Shown piece by piece: positions 1-12,500 of a stretch of DNA of 64,000 nucleotides. Source of the DNA: Malacoraja senta (lineage: Eukaryota); assembly GCA_038087875.1 (NCBI GenBank), contig CM075995.1, positions 10,356,001 to 10,420,000 of the forward strand, in the 5' to 3' direction. A program made the translations under genes and the position numbers. Below the pieces are notes generated by a model, which was not told the DNA's origin, did not search any database, and saw only the letters and a program-made list of their open reading frames with translations. How positions within the stretch are numbered: position 1 is the first letter of the stretch; each line of letters opens with the position of its first letter.

Positions 1-370
1 AATTTAAAAAATAAATAGATAAAGAAATGGTATCAGGACCTGGTAATGGGAGGTAAAGCAATAAAAACAGACTTGGTTGGTGGTTCCCTTTCAGCGATTG
101 TTCCTACTCTCTTTTTCTTTCTTTTCTAGGATCTACTTTCTTACTTTACTTCCTTCTCTAACTTCTTTTCTAAGGGGCTTTCTTTTCACAACACTCTCTT
201 GCACTTCACGACTCTTGCGCACTTTCTTTACTTTTCTTACTTCTATCTTTCTCTTAAAGCTCAAAAAAATGAAGCGGTATAAAAAATGTATTAAGATATA
301 AGTGTTGTGCATTACTGTAATTTACCGTACTTCTAATAAAAATAATTAAAAAAATAAAAATAAAAAAAAA
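1..370 (+). mobile_element. Probable 3' end of a poly(A) retroelement (L1-like)
   Basis: T-rich tract, AATAAA at 335-340, then an A-rich tail; not found upstream of other B exons. Confidence 0.5.
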
Positions 371-386
371 TCCTCATCTTTTTCAG

Positions 387-547
387 TTGTGGAATCGTTG
401 ATTCGGTTTTCGGGACGACATTGACCTTCAATTGCGGTGGATTTGTCGGTCGATATGTGAACATCATTATCCCAGGCCCGGATAAAACATTAACCCTGTG
501 CGAAGTTGAAATATTTGGTTCAGAACTCCCGTACTTACATGGAAAAG
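387..547 (+). CDS. FTLD exon B0 (C-terminal part of a domain whose A exon is upstream)
   Basis: tttcag|TTGTGGAATC...GGAAAAG|gtagg; [53 protein letters not shown]. Confidence 0.9.
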
Positions 548-3500
548 GTAGGCTGAGCTTCCCGCCGAGCCTCTGGTTGTACACTGCCGCACAGCTTAGT
601 TGAAAGTTTCTCGCACTGATGATGTCTGAGGATACCTTCCTTATTGAAGCGCAGTACCGTCTCTCCCAACCCTCTGCTCTTTGGCTTTCGTAGTTTACTC
701 GTCAGATTTGGACCCTCGCTGTGTCCGAAAATGAAATTCCTGAGTCACTCGATGTATACGCCGTCATCCATTTCGTCTGCAGACCTTATGCTGATAAACA
801 CCATCCTGGCATCAAAAAATCACACACCGATTGAAGCACGCGTGGAGAGTATCTCCCCGTTACATGACTACAGAACGGCCCTCCCTTGAGTTGTAGTGCA
901 ATCTCGATATTTTAACCTGCCTCAGCGCGGTTCTCAGACTAAAGTTCTCCAGCCCTATTACCACAACACCATACACCATATTATGCAATCTATTGCTTTA
1001 TTTCTACTTTACCAGTTGCTCTTGTGTGCGGCTCATTGCACTGATGTACAGAACGTACAGTACAAAGAAGTGTTTGCACTGCATCTCGCTTCCCTTGGCC
1101 ACACAAAAGCAAGACGAATATGAATGAAATATACTGATAACCCAACCCCTGATAGAAGAAATACCTCCATCGGTATCAGTAAAGTGTTTCCCACCTAACA
1201 GAAAACGTGGCGTTGGGAGCAAGTCCGACCCAGTCCAGCACGGATGAAGGGGCAGGTGCTGAGCGAGCCAATGATGGGAACATCGACAGCGACTTCAGGC
1301 ATGGTTCATGCGCACGCACCAGGAAATCCAAGGACCCCTGGTGGAGAGTAGATCTAAAGGAAAGCTACAACGTGTCAGATGTAAGAATCACCAACAGAGC
1401 AGACTGCTGCTCGGACCAGCTCCAAGGAGCAGAGATCCGCATCGGGGACTCGCTGGAGTACGATGGCAATTCCAACAGACTGTAAGTATTCATAAGCAAT
1501 CGCCGAATCTATTCACTGACGGCGTCGTCTTCTACAAATCCCACTGTTACTGGAGCAATGATAACATGAGTGGGTAAAAAAGAGAGATGCTGCAGGTTAC
1601 GAATTGTTTCATTGCAGACAAAATTGAAATTGTGCTCCTCTGCTCCAGATGCGGTACACAATGACACAGAGCCGTAGTTTACTTATGCAATGGCACGAGC
1701 TGCTTTCGTATCGCTTTTACGGTGGGGGTTAATAAAACAAGGTGCATAAGTCTATAATCCACGTTATGTAATTTGAACAATCGGATTGCATTGGCAATGT
1801 TCAAGTAATCATTGCCTATTGTATGAGTGAGAGATCATGCAGTCGCAATCCAGTCAATGTTACGTACTGCGGATCCTGGTTTAAACCGAAGATAGCCACA
1901 AAAATCCGGAATAACTCCGCGGGTCAGACACCTTTGCTGGAGAAAATAAATAGTTCACGTTTCTGCTCGCGACCTTCCTTCAAATTGTAGGAAGAAGGGT
2001 CACGACCCGAAACGTCACATATTCCTTTTCCGCAGAGATGCTGTCGGAGCCGCAAGGCTGCCTACGTATCCGGATCGTCTTCTGTTCCATCTGTTCGGAA
2101 CACGAGCAAGTGGATACGATGCAGGAGGTAACGTGGGACCCCCACATATCCCCGGGAACTGTCACCAGTTCACCCGCACATGACTGCGATAACCTTTAGC
2201 AGGCTTCCTGATCCGCATGATCGACAGATTGCGTCTCACCTTTAAATGCTCATTATTTCAGCTGTGGAATCGTTGATTTAGTTTCGGAGACGACATTCAT
2301 CTTCAATTGTGGAGGATATGTCGGTCGATATGTAAACATCATCATCCCAGGCCCGGATAAAATTTTGACCCTGTGCGAGGTTGAGATTTTTGGTTCAGAA
2401 CTCCTGCACTTTCATGGAAAAGGTAGGTTGAAGTTCCCACTGGGACTCTGGTGATACACTGCTCCACAGCGTATTGAGCGATTCTCTTGCTGATGAAGTC
2501 TGTGTATAATTACCTTACTGAAACCCCCTACCGTCTCTGACAACGATCTGCTATTTGACATTGTTAGTTTACTAGCCAGTCTTAGACCTTCGCCTTTTCC
2601 GAACATGAGACTGTCTGAAGGGGAGATGCCAGAGAGTAATGGTGGATGGTTGTTTGTCAGGTTGGAGGCCAGTGACTAGTGGGGTGCCACAGGGACCTGT
2701 GTTGGGTCCACTGTTGTTTGTCATGTACATCAATGATCTGGATGATGGTGTGGTAAATTGGATTAGTCAGTATGCAGATGATACTAAGATAGGTGGGGCT
2801 GTGGATAATGAAATAGATTTTCAAAGTCTACGGAGAGATTTATGCCGGTTGGAAGAGTGGGCTGAAAGATGGCAGATGGAGTTTAATGCTGATAAGTATG
2901 AGGTGCTACATCTTGGCAGGACAAATCAAAATAGGACGTACATGGTAAATGGTAGGGAATTGAAGAATGCAGGCGAACAGAGGGATCTTGCAATAACTGT
3001 GCACAGTTCCCTGAAAGTGGAATCTCATGTAGATAGGGTGGTAAAGAAAGCTTTTGGTGTGCTGGCTTTTATAAATCAGAGCATTGAGTATAGAAGTTGG
3101 GATGTAATGTTAAAATTGTACAAGGCATTGGTGAGGCCAATTCTGGAGTATGGTGTACAATTTTGGTCGCCTAATTATAGGAAGGATGTCAACAAAATAG
3201 AGAGAGTACAGAGGAGATTTACTAGAATGTTGCCTGGGTTTCAGCAACTAAGTTACAGAGAAAGGTTGAACAAGTTAGGGCTTTATTCTTTGGAGCGCAG
3301 AAGATTAAGGGGGGACTTGATAGAGGTCTTTAAAATGATGAGAGGGATAGACAGAGTTGACGTGGATAAGCTTTTCCCACTGAGAGTAGGGAAGATTCAA
3401 ACAAGGGGACATGACTTGAGAATTAAGGGACAGAAGTTTAGGGGTAACATGAGGGGGAACTTCTTTACTCAGAGAGTGGTGGCTGTGTGGAATGAGCTTC

Positions 3501-6500
3501 CAGTGAAGGTGGTGGAGGCAGGTTCGTTTTTATAATTTAAAAATAAATTGGATAGTTATATGCACGGGAAAGGAATGGAGGGTTATGGTCTGAGCGCAGG
3601 TATATGGGGCTAGGGGAGAATACGTGTTCGGCACGGACTAGAAGGGTCGAGATGGCCTGTTTCCGTGCTGTAATTGTTATATGGTTATATGGTTATATGG
3701 TCTGTTTTATAAAAACTGTGACTCTCGGTGCACACACCGTCCTCCATTTCGTCCGGAGACCTTATGCTGATAAACCGTACCCCGTTCCTGCCTTTTCCCC
3801 AAATCCCCTGACTCCGCTATCATTAAGAACCTTATCTAGTTCTCATTTGAAAGTATCCAGAAAACACCGCCCTCTGAGGCAGAGAGTTCCCCAGACCCAC
3901 AACTCTCTGTGAGGAAAAAGTGTTCCCTCGTCTCCGTTCTGAATGGCTTCCCCCTTTTCTTAAACTATGGCTCCTGGTACTGGACTCGCCCAACATCGGG
4001 AACATCTTTCCTGCCTCTAGCGTGTCCAAACCCTTAAAAATCTTCAATAAGATATCCTCTCATCCTTTAAAACTCCAGAGTATACAAGCCCAGCCGATCC
4101 ATTCTCTCAGCATATCACAGTCCCGCCATCCCGGGAATTAACCTTGTAAACTTACGTTGCACTCTCTCAATAGCATGGATGTCCTTCCTCAAATTAGGGG
4201 ACCAAAACTGCACACAATACTCCAGGTGTGGTCTAACTAGGGCCCCATACAACTACAGAAGGACCTCTTTGCTCCTATACTCAACTCCTCTTATTATAAA
4301 GGCCAGCATGCCATTCGCTTTCTTCACTGCCTGCTATTTCTGCGGTGCTTACTTTCATTGACTGGTGAACGAGGACCCCCAGATCCTATTGTACGTCCCC
4401 TTTTCCCAACTTGATACCATTTAGATGGTAATCTGCCTTCTTGTTTTTGCTACCAAAGTGCTTAACCTCACATGTATCCACATTATGCTGCATCAGCCAT
4501 GCATCTGCTCAGTGAACCAACCTGTTCAAGTCACCTTGTATTCTCATAGCCTCCCCCTCACAGTTCACACTGCCACCCAACCTTGTGTCATCTGCAAATT
4601 TGCTAATGTTACTTTGAATCCCTTCATCTAGATCATTGATGTATATTGTAAATAGCCGCGGTTCGACCACCGAGGCTTGCGGCGCCCCACTAGTCACTGC
4701 CTGCCATTCTGACTGAGACCCGAAAATCCCTACTCTTTGTTTCCTGTCTGCCAACCAAATTTATATCCATGTCAGCACTCTACCCCCAAGACCATGTGCC
4801 CTAATTTTGCCCACTAATCTCCTATGTGGGACTTTATCAAATGCTTTCTGAAAGTCCTGGGACACTACATCCACCGGCTCACCCATATCCATGTTCCCAG
4901 TTACATCCTCAAAAAAATCCAGAAGATTAGTCAAGCATAATTGCCCCTTAGTAAAGCTGTAGTGCAATCGCGATATTTTAACCTGCCTCAGCGCGGTATT
5001 TGGACATTTTCTATAGGTCTGTAGACATAATGCTATAACACCATATTATGCAATCTGTTGTTATAATTCCATTATACCTGTTGCTATTGCGTGTGGCTCC
5101 ATTGCACTGATGTACTGTATGATTTGATTGTATATTACTAAGCATAGTTTTTGATGTACCTCGCTTCACTTCACCATACAAAAGCAGTACGAATATCAAT
5201 GCTATACACTGCTGATCCAAACCTTGATAGGAGACCTACATTCGTCGGCATAAAATAGAAATGTAGAAAATAGGCGAAGGAATAGGCCATTCCCCCATTC
5301 AAGCCAGCACCACCATTCAATATGATCATGGCTGATCATCCAAAATGAGTATCCCTTTCATGCTTTCTCCTATATCCATTGAATCCGTTATCCCTGAGAG
5401 CTATATCTAACTCTCTCTTAAATACATCTTGCCTGTCGGCTCAGTGATACGTTTTCATCCCCACAGAAAACGTGGCGTTGGGAGCAACGCCGACCCAGTC
5501 CAGCACGTATCAAGGGGCAGCTGCTGAGCGAGCCAATGACGGGAACAGCGACAGCGACTTCAGGCATGGTTCATGCGCGCGCACCAGGAAATCCAAGAAC
5601 CCTTGGTGGAGAGTCGATCTAAAGGAAAGCTACAACGTGTCAGATGTAAGAATCACCAACAGAGCAGACTGCTGTTCGGACCAGCTCCAAGGAGCCGAGA
5701 TCCGCATCGGGGACTCGCTGGAGTACAATGGCAATTTCAACAGATTGTAAGTATTCATACGAAATTGCCAAATCTATTCATCTGCGATGTCTTCAACTAT
5801 AAATGACACTGTTGCTGAAGCATTGATAACATAAGTGGGTAAAAAAGAGAGATTCTGCAGGTTACGAATAGTTTCACTGCAGATAAAATTAAAATACTGC
5901 GCCTCTGCTGCAGATGCGGAAGACAATGACACAGAGGCAACGTTCACTTCGCCAATGGCACGAGCTGCTGCCGTGTCGCTTTAACAATGGGGGTTAATAA
6001 AATATGCTGCATAAATCGGCAGTTGAATTTAATACAGGTTAGGTAATATTGGACAATCGGATTGCAGTGGCAATGTTCAAGTAACCAATGCCTACTGTAT
6101 AAGTGAGAGAGATTGCAGTCTCTATCCAATCAATGCTACCTCCGTGTCGTAAGCAACTGCAGATCCTGGTTTAAACCGAAGATAGACAAAAAATCTGGAG
6201 TAATTCTGCGGGTCAGACAGCATTGCTGGAGAAACGAAATAAGTGATATTCTTTCAGATTGTTTTGAATCTCACGACCAATTGAAGGCTCACGACCCGAA
6301 ACGTCACATATTACATTTCCCCAGAGATGCTGTCGGAGCCGCAAGGCTACCAACGTATCCGGATCGCCTGCTGCTCCAAGGCATCTGTTCGGAACAAGTG
6401 GATAAGATGCCGGTGGCAACGTGGGAGTCCCACATATCCCCGGGACCAGTCACCAGTTCACCCGCATAGGACTGCGATAATTTTAGCACGCTTCCTGATT

Positions 6501-9500
6501 CGCATGATCGACAAATTGGCGTCTCACCTTTAAATCCTCATTATTTCAGGTGTGGAATCGTTGATACGGTTTCTGGGACGACATTAACCTTCAATTGTGG
6601 TGGATCTGTCGGTCGATATGTGAACATCATCATCCCAGGCACGGAAAATGTTTTGACCCTGTGCGAGGTTGAGATATTTGGTTCAGAACTCCCATACTTA
6701 CATGGAAAAGGTAGGCTGAAGTTCCCGCCGAGGCTCTGGTGGTTCACTGCCCCACAGCTTAGTTGAGCGATTCTGCTGCTGGTGAATATGTTACTTACTG
6801 AAACCCCGTACCGTCTCTGACAACGATCTGCTATTTGCCATTGTTAGGTTACTCGCCTGTCTTGGACCTTCGCCTTGACTGAACATGAGCCTGTCTGTTA
6901 ACGAAAACCCTGTGACACTCGGTGCACACGCCGTCATCCATTTCATCCGGAGACCTTATACTGAGCCAGGCACCAACAAAATACACACCTATTAAAACAC
7001 GCTTGAAGCGTATCTCCCCGTTACCAGACCACTGCATGATCCTCCTTTGACTTGTAGTGCAATGGCGATATTCTAACCTGCGTCAGCGCGGTACTTGGAC
7101 TTATTTTCTATAGGTCTGCAGATGTAATACTATAACACCACATAATACAATCTGTTGTTTTAATTCTACTTTACCTGTTGCACTTGCGTGTGGCTCCATT
7201 GCACTGATGTACAGTATGATTTGATTGTATATTACTAAGTAGAATTTTCGATGCATCTCACTTCACTTCACCACACGAATGCAGTACGAATATCAATGAA
7301 ATACACTGCTGATCCAAACCTTGAGAGCAGGCCTACATTCGTCGGTATTAAATAAAACGTTGAAAATAAGTGCAGAAGCAGACCATCCCGCCCTTCGAGC
7401 CAGCACCGCTATTCAAGGTGATCATGGCGGATCATCCCCAAAAAACGTTTTTTTCTGGAGGATTTCAAGAAAGATTTAAATAGACCTCTTAATTATAGCG
7501 GAGTCAAGGGATACGGTGAGAAGGCAGGAACTTGGTACTGATTGTGGATGATCAGCCATGATCACATTGAATGGCGGTGCTGGCTCGAAGGGCCAAATGG
7601 CCTACTTCTGCACATATTGTCTATTATACATTGTATTTCTACCCCATTCCTCCTTTCTCTCCATATCCCTTGAAGCCGTTATCCCTCAGAGCTATATCTA
7701 AAAATACATCTTGCCGTTCGGATCAGCTAGTCGTTTCCGTCCCCACAGAAAACGTGGCGTTGGGAGCAAGGCCAACCCAGTCCAGCACGAAGGAAGGGGC
7801 AGCTGCTGCACGAGCCAATGATGGTAACAGCGACAGCGACTTCAGGCATGGTTCATGCGCGCGCACCATGAAATCCAAGAACCCTTGGTGGAGAGTCGAT
7901 CTAAAGGAAAGCTACAACGTGTCAGATGTAAGAATCACCAACAGAGCAGACTGCTGCTCGGACCAGCTCCAAGGTGCCGAGATTCGCATCGGAGATTCGC
8001 TGGAGTACGATGGCAATTTCAACAGACTGTAAGTATTCAAAAGCGATCGCCGAATCTATTCACCTGCGATGTCTTCTGCAAATTCCACTGTTACTGGAGC
8101 AATGATCACCTGAGTGGGTACAAAAGAGTGATGATGCAGGTTACGAATAGTTTCACTGCAAATAAAATTAAAATGCGACCCGCTGCTCCAGATGCAGAAG
8201 AGCCGTAGTCCACTTATCCAATGGCACGAGCTTCTGCCGTATCGCTTTAGCGATGAGGGTTAATAAAAGGAGGTGCATAAATCTGTGATTGAAGTTAATT
8301 CAAGTTATGTAATATTGAACAATCGGATTGTAGTGGCAATGTTCAAGTAACCAATGCCGATGAGTGAGATATCATGCAGTCTCTATCCAGTCAATGCTAC
8401 CGACGCAGTGGAAGCACCTGCGGATCCTGGTTTATACAGAAGATATACACAAAAAATTGGAGTTCTTCTGCGGGTCAGACACCATTGCCGGATAATCGAA
8501 ATAGGTGATGTTTCGGGACGAGACCTTCCTTCAGATTGTATTGAGACTGAATAAGGGTCACGACCCGAAACGTCACATATTCCTTTTCCACAGAGGGTCG
8601 GTTTCGGAAGGGTACGTGCGTATCCGGAATGTCTTCTGCTCTAAGCCATCTGTTCGGAATACGAGCAAGTGGGTACAATGCCGGAGATAACGTGGGAGCC
8701 ACACACATTCCCGGGACCTGTTACCAGTTCACCCGCACAGGCCTGTGATAACCTTTAGCACGCTTCCTGATCCGCCTCATCGACAGATTGGCGTCTCATC
8801 TTTAATTCCTCATTATTTCAGCTGTGGAATCGTTGATTCAGTTTTTGGGACGTCATTCATCTTCAATTGTGGAGGGTCTGTCGGTCGATATGTGAACATC
8901 GTCATCCCAGGCCCGGATAAAATGTTGACCCTATGCGAGGTTGAGATATTTGGTTCAGAACTCCCGTACTTACATGGAAAAGGTAGGCTTAGTTTTCAGC
9001 TGAGGCTCTGGTGGTTCACTGCCCCACACCTTAGTTGAGCGATTCCCCTGGAATTGACGTCGTGATACAACTATATTTGGGAAACCTCGTACCGTCTCTG
9101 CCAACGATCTGCTAGTTGCCATTCTTAATTTAGTCGCCAGTCTTGGACCTTCACCTTGTCCGAACATGAGCCTATCTGTTAATGAAAACCCTGTGACACT
9201 CTATAGGTCTGTAGATATAATAATATAACACCATATTATGCAAACTATTCGTTTAATTCCACTTTACCTGTTGCTCCTGCGTGTGACTCCCTTGCACTGA
9301 GGTGCAGTACGATTTGATTGTATATTACTAAGTAGAATTTTCGATGCATCTCACTTCACTTCACCACACGAATGCAGTACGAATATCAATGAAATACACT
9401 GCTGATCCAAACCTTGAGAGCAGGCCTACATTCGTCGGTATTAAATAAAACGTTGAAAATAAGTGCAAAAGTAGACCATCCCGCACTTCGAGCCAGCACC

Positions 9501-12500
9501 GCTATTCAATGTGATCATGGCGGATCATCCCCAAAAAACGTTTTTCTGGAGGATTTCAAGAAAGATTTAAATAGAGCTCTTAATTATAGCGGAGTCAAGG
9601 GATATGGTGAGAAGGCAGGAACTTGGTACTGATTGTGGATGATCAGCCATGATCACATTGAATGGCGGTGCTGGCTCGAAGGGCCAAAATGGCCTACTTC
9701 TGCACCTATTGTCTATTATACATTGTATTTCTACCCCATTCCTCCTTTCTCTCCATATCCCTTGAAGCCTTTATCCCTCAGAGCTATATCTAAAAATACA
9801 TCTTGCCGTTCGGATCAGCTAGTTGTTTCCGTCCCCACAGAAAACGTGGCGTTGGGAGCAAGGCCAACCCAGTCCAGCACGAAGGAAGGGGCAGCTGCTG
9901 CACGAGCCAATGATGGTAACAGCGACAGCGACTTCAGGCATGGTTCATGCGCGCGCACCATGAAATCCAAGAACCCTTGGTGGAGAGTCGATCTAAAGGA
10001 AAGCTACAACGTGTCAGATGTAAGAATCACCAACAGAGCAGACTGCTGCTCGGACCAGCTCCAAGGTGCCGAGATTCGCATCGGGGATTCGCTGGAGTAC
10101 GATGGCAATTTCAACAGACTGTAAGTATTCAAAAGCGATCGCCGAATCTATTCACCTGCGATGTCTTCTGCAAATTCCACTGTTACTGGAGCAATGATCA
10201 CCTGAGTGGGTACAAAAGAGTGATGATGCAGGCTACGAATAGTTTCACTGCAAATAAAATTAAAATGCGACCCGCTGCTCCAGATGCAGAAGAACCGTAG
10301 TCCACTTATCCAATGGCACGAGCTTCTGCCGTATCGCTTTAGCGATGGGGGTTAATAAAAGGAGGTGCATAAATCTGTGATTGAAGTTAATTCAAGTTAT
10401 GTAATATTGAACAATCGGATTGTAGTGGCAATGTTCAAGTAACCAATGCCGATGAGTGAGATATCATGCAGTCTCTATCCAGTCAATGCTACCGACGCAG
10501 TGGAAGCACCTGCGGATCCTGGTTTATACAGAAGATATACACAAAAAATTGGAGTTCTTCTGCGGGTCAGACACCATTGCCGGATAATCGAAATAGGTGA
10601 TGTTTCGGGACGAGACCTTCCTTCAGATTGTATTGAGACTGAATAAGGGTCACGACCCGAAACGTCACATATTCCTTTTCCACAGAGGGTCGGTTTCGGA
10701 AGGGTACGTGCGTATCCGGAATGTCTTCTGCTCTAAGCCATCTGTTCGGAATACGAGCAAGTGGGTACAATGCCGGAGATAACGTGGGAGCCACACACAT
10801 TCCCGGGACCTGTTACCAGTTCACCCGCACAGGCCTGTGATAACCTTTAGCACGCTTCCTGATCCGCCTCATCGACAGATTGGCGTCTCATCTTTAATTC
10901 ATTATTTCAGCTGTGGAATCGTTGATTCAGTTTTTGGGACGTCATTCCTCTTCAATTGTGGAGGGTCTGTCGGTCGATATGTGAACATCGTCATCCCAGG
11001 CCCGGATAAAATGTTGACCCTATGCGAGGTTGAGATATTTGGTTCAGAACTCCCGTACTTACATGGAAAAGGTAGGCTTAGTTTTCAGCTGAGGCTCTGG
11101 TGGTTCACTGCCCCACACCTTAGTTGAGCGATTCCCCTGCAATTAACGTCGTGATACAACTATATTTGGGAAACCTCGTACCGTCTCTGCCAACGATCTG
11201 CTAGTTACCATTCTTAATTTAGTCGCCAGTCTTGGACCTTCACCTTGTCCAAACATGAGCCTATCTGTTAATGAAAACCCTGTGACACTCTATAGGTCTG
11301 TAGATATAATAATATAACACCATATTATGCAAACTATTCGTTTAATTCCACTTTACCTGTTGCTCCTGCGTGTGACTCCCTTGCACTGAGGTGCAGTACG
11401 ATTTGATTGTATATTACTAAGTAGAATTTTCGATGCATCTCACTTCACTTCACCACACGAATGCAGTACGAATATCAATGAAATACACTGCTGATCCAAA
11501 CCTTGAGAGAAGGCCTACATTCGTCGGTATTAAATAAAACGTTGAAAATAAGTGCAGAAGTAGACCATCCCGCCCTTCGAGCCAGCACCGCTATTCAATG
11601 TGATCATGGCGGATCATCCCCAAAAAACGTTTTTCTGGAGGATTTCAAGAAAGATTTAAATAGAGCTCTTAATTATAGCGGAGTCAAGGGATATGGTGAG
11701 AAGGCAGGAACTTGGTACTGATTGTGGATGATCAGCCATGATCACATTCAATGGCGGCGCTGGCTCGAAGGGCCAAATGGCCTACTTCTGCACCTATTGT
11801 CTATTATACATTGTATTTCTACCCCATTCCTCCTTTCTCTCCATATCCCTTGAAGCCGTTATCCCTCAGAGCTATATCTAAAAATACATCTTGCCGTTCG
11901 GATCTGCTAGTTGTTTGCGTCCCCACAGAAAACGTGGCGTTGGGAGCAAGGCCAACCCAGTCCAGCACGAAGCAAGGGGCAGCTGCTGCACGAGCCAATG
12001 ATGGTAACAGCGACAGCGACTTCAGGCATGGTTCATGCGCGCGCACCATGAAATCCAAGAACCCTTGGTGGAGAGTCGATCTAAAGGAAAGCTACAACGT
12101 GTCAGATGTAAGAATCACCAACAGAGCAGACTGCTGCTCGGACCAGCTCCAAGGTGCCGAGATTCGCATCGGGGATTCGCTGGAGTACGATGGCAATTTC
12201 AACAGACTGTAAGTATTCAAAAGCGATCGCCGAATCTATTCACCTGCGATGTCTTCTGCAAATTCCACTGTTACTGGAGCAATGATCACCTGAGTGGGTA
12301 CAAAAGAGTGATGATGCAGGTTACGAATAGTTTCACTGCAAATAAAATTAAAATGCGACCCGCTGCTCCAGATGCAGAAGAGCCGTAGTCCACTTATCCA
12401 ATGGTACGAGCTTCTGCCGTATCGCTTTAGCGATGGGGGTTAATAAAAGGAGGTGCATAAATCTGTGATTAATTCAAGTTATGTAATATTGAACAATCGG

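Noticed and set aside
548..603. Read-through of B exons to a stop (GRLSF...LS*), suggesting separate single-domain genes
   Set aside because: The tail is not conserved (early TGA after B1, replaced after B11, frameshifted after B14), while the AAG|GT donor and its phase match to exon A are invariant. It is not excluded as a minor isoform.
1308..1577. Recurrent overlapping ORF MR(T/A)H(Q/H)EIQ... and other repeated short ORFs
   Set aside because: These are alternative-frame or antisense shadows of duplicated exons and introns, with variable ends.
7571..7748. N-terminal ORF extensions upstream of A exons ([10 protein letters not shown]..., [10 protein letters not shown]...) as leader peptides
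   Set aside because: They derive from CR1 3' UTR fragments, differ by indels between units, are not signal-like, and lie upstream of a conserved acceptor.
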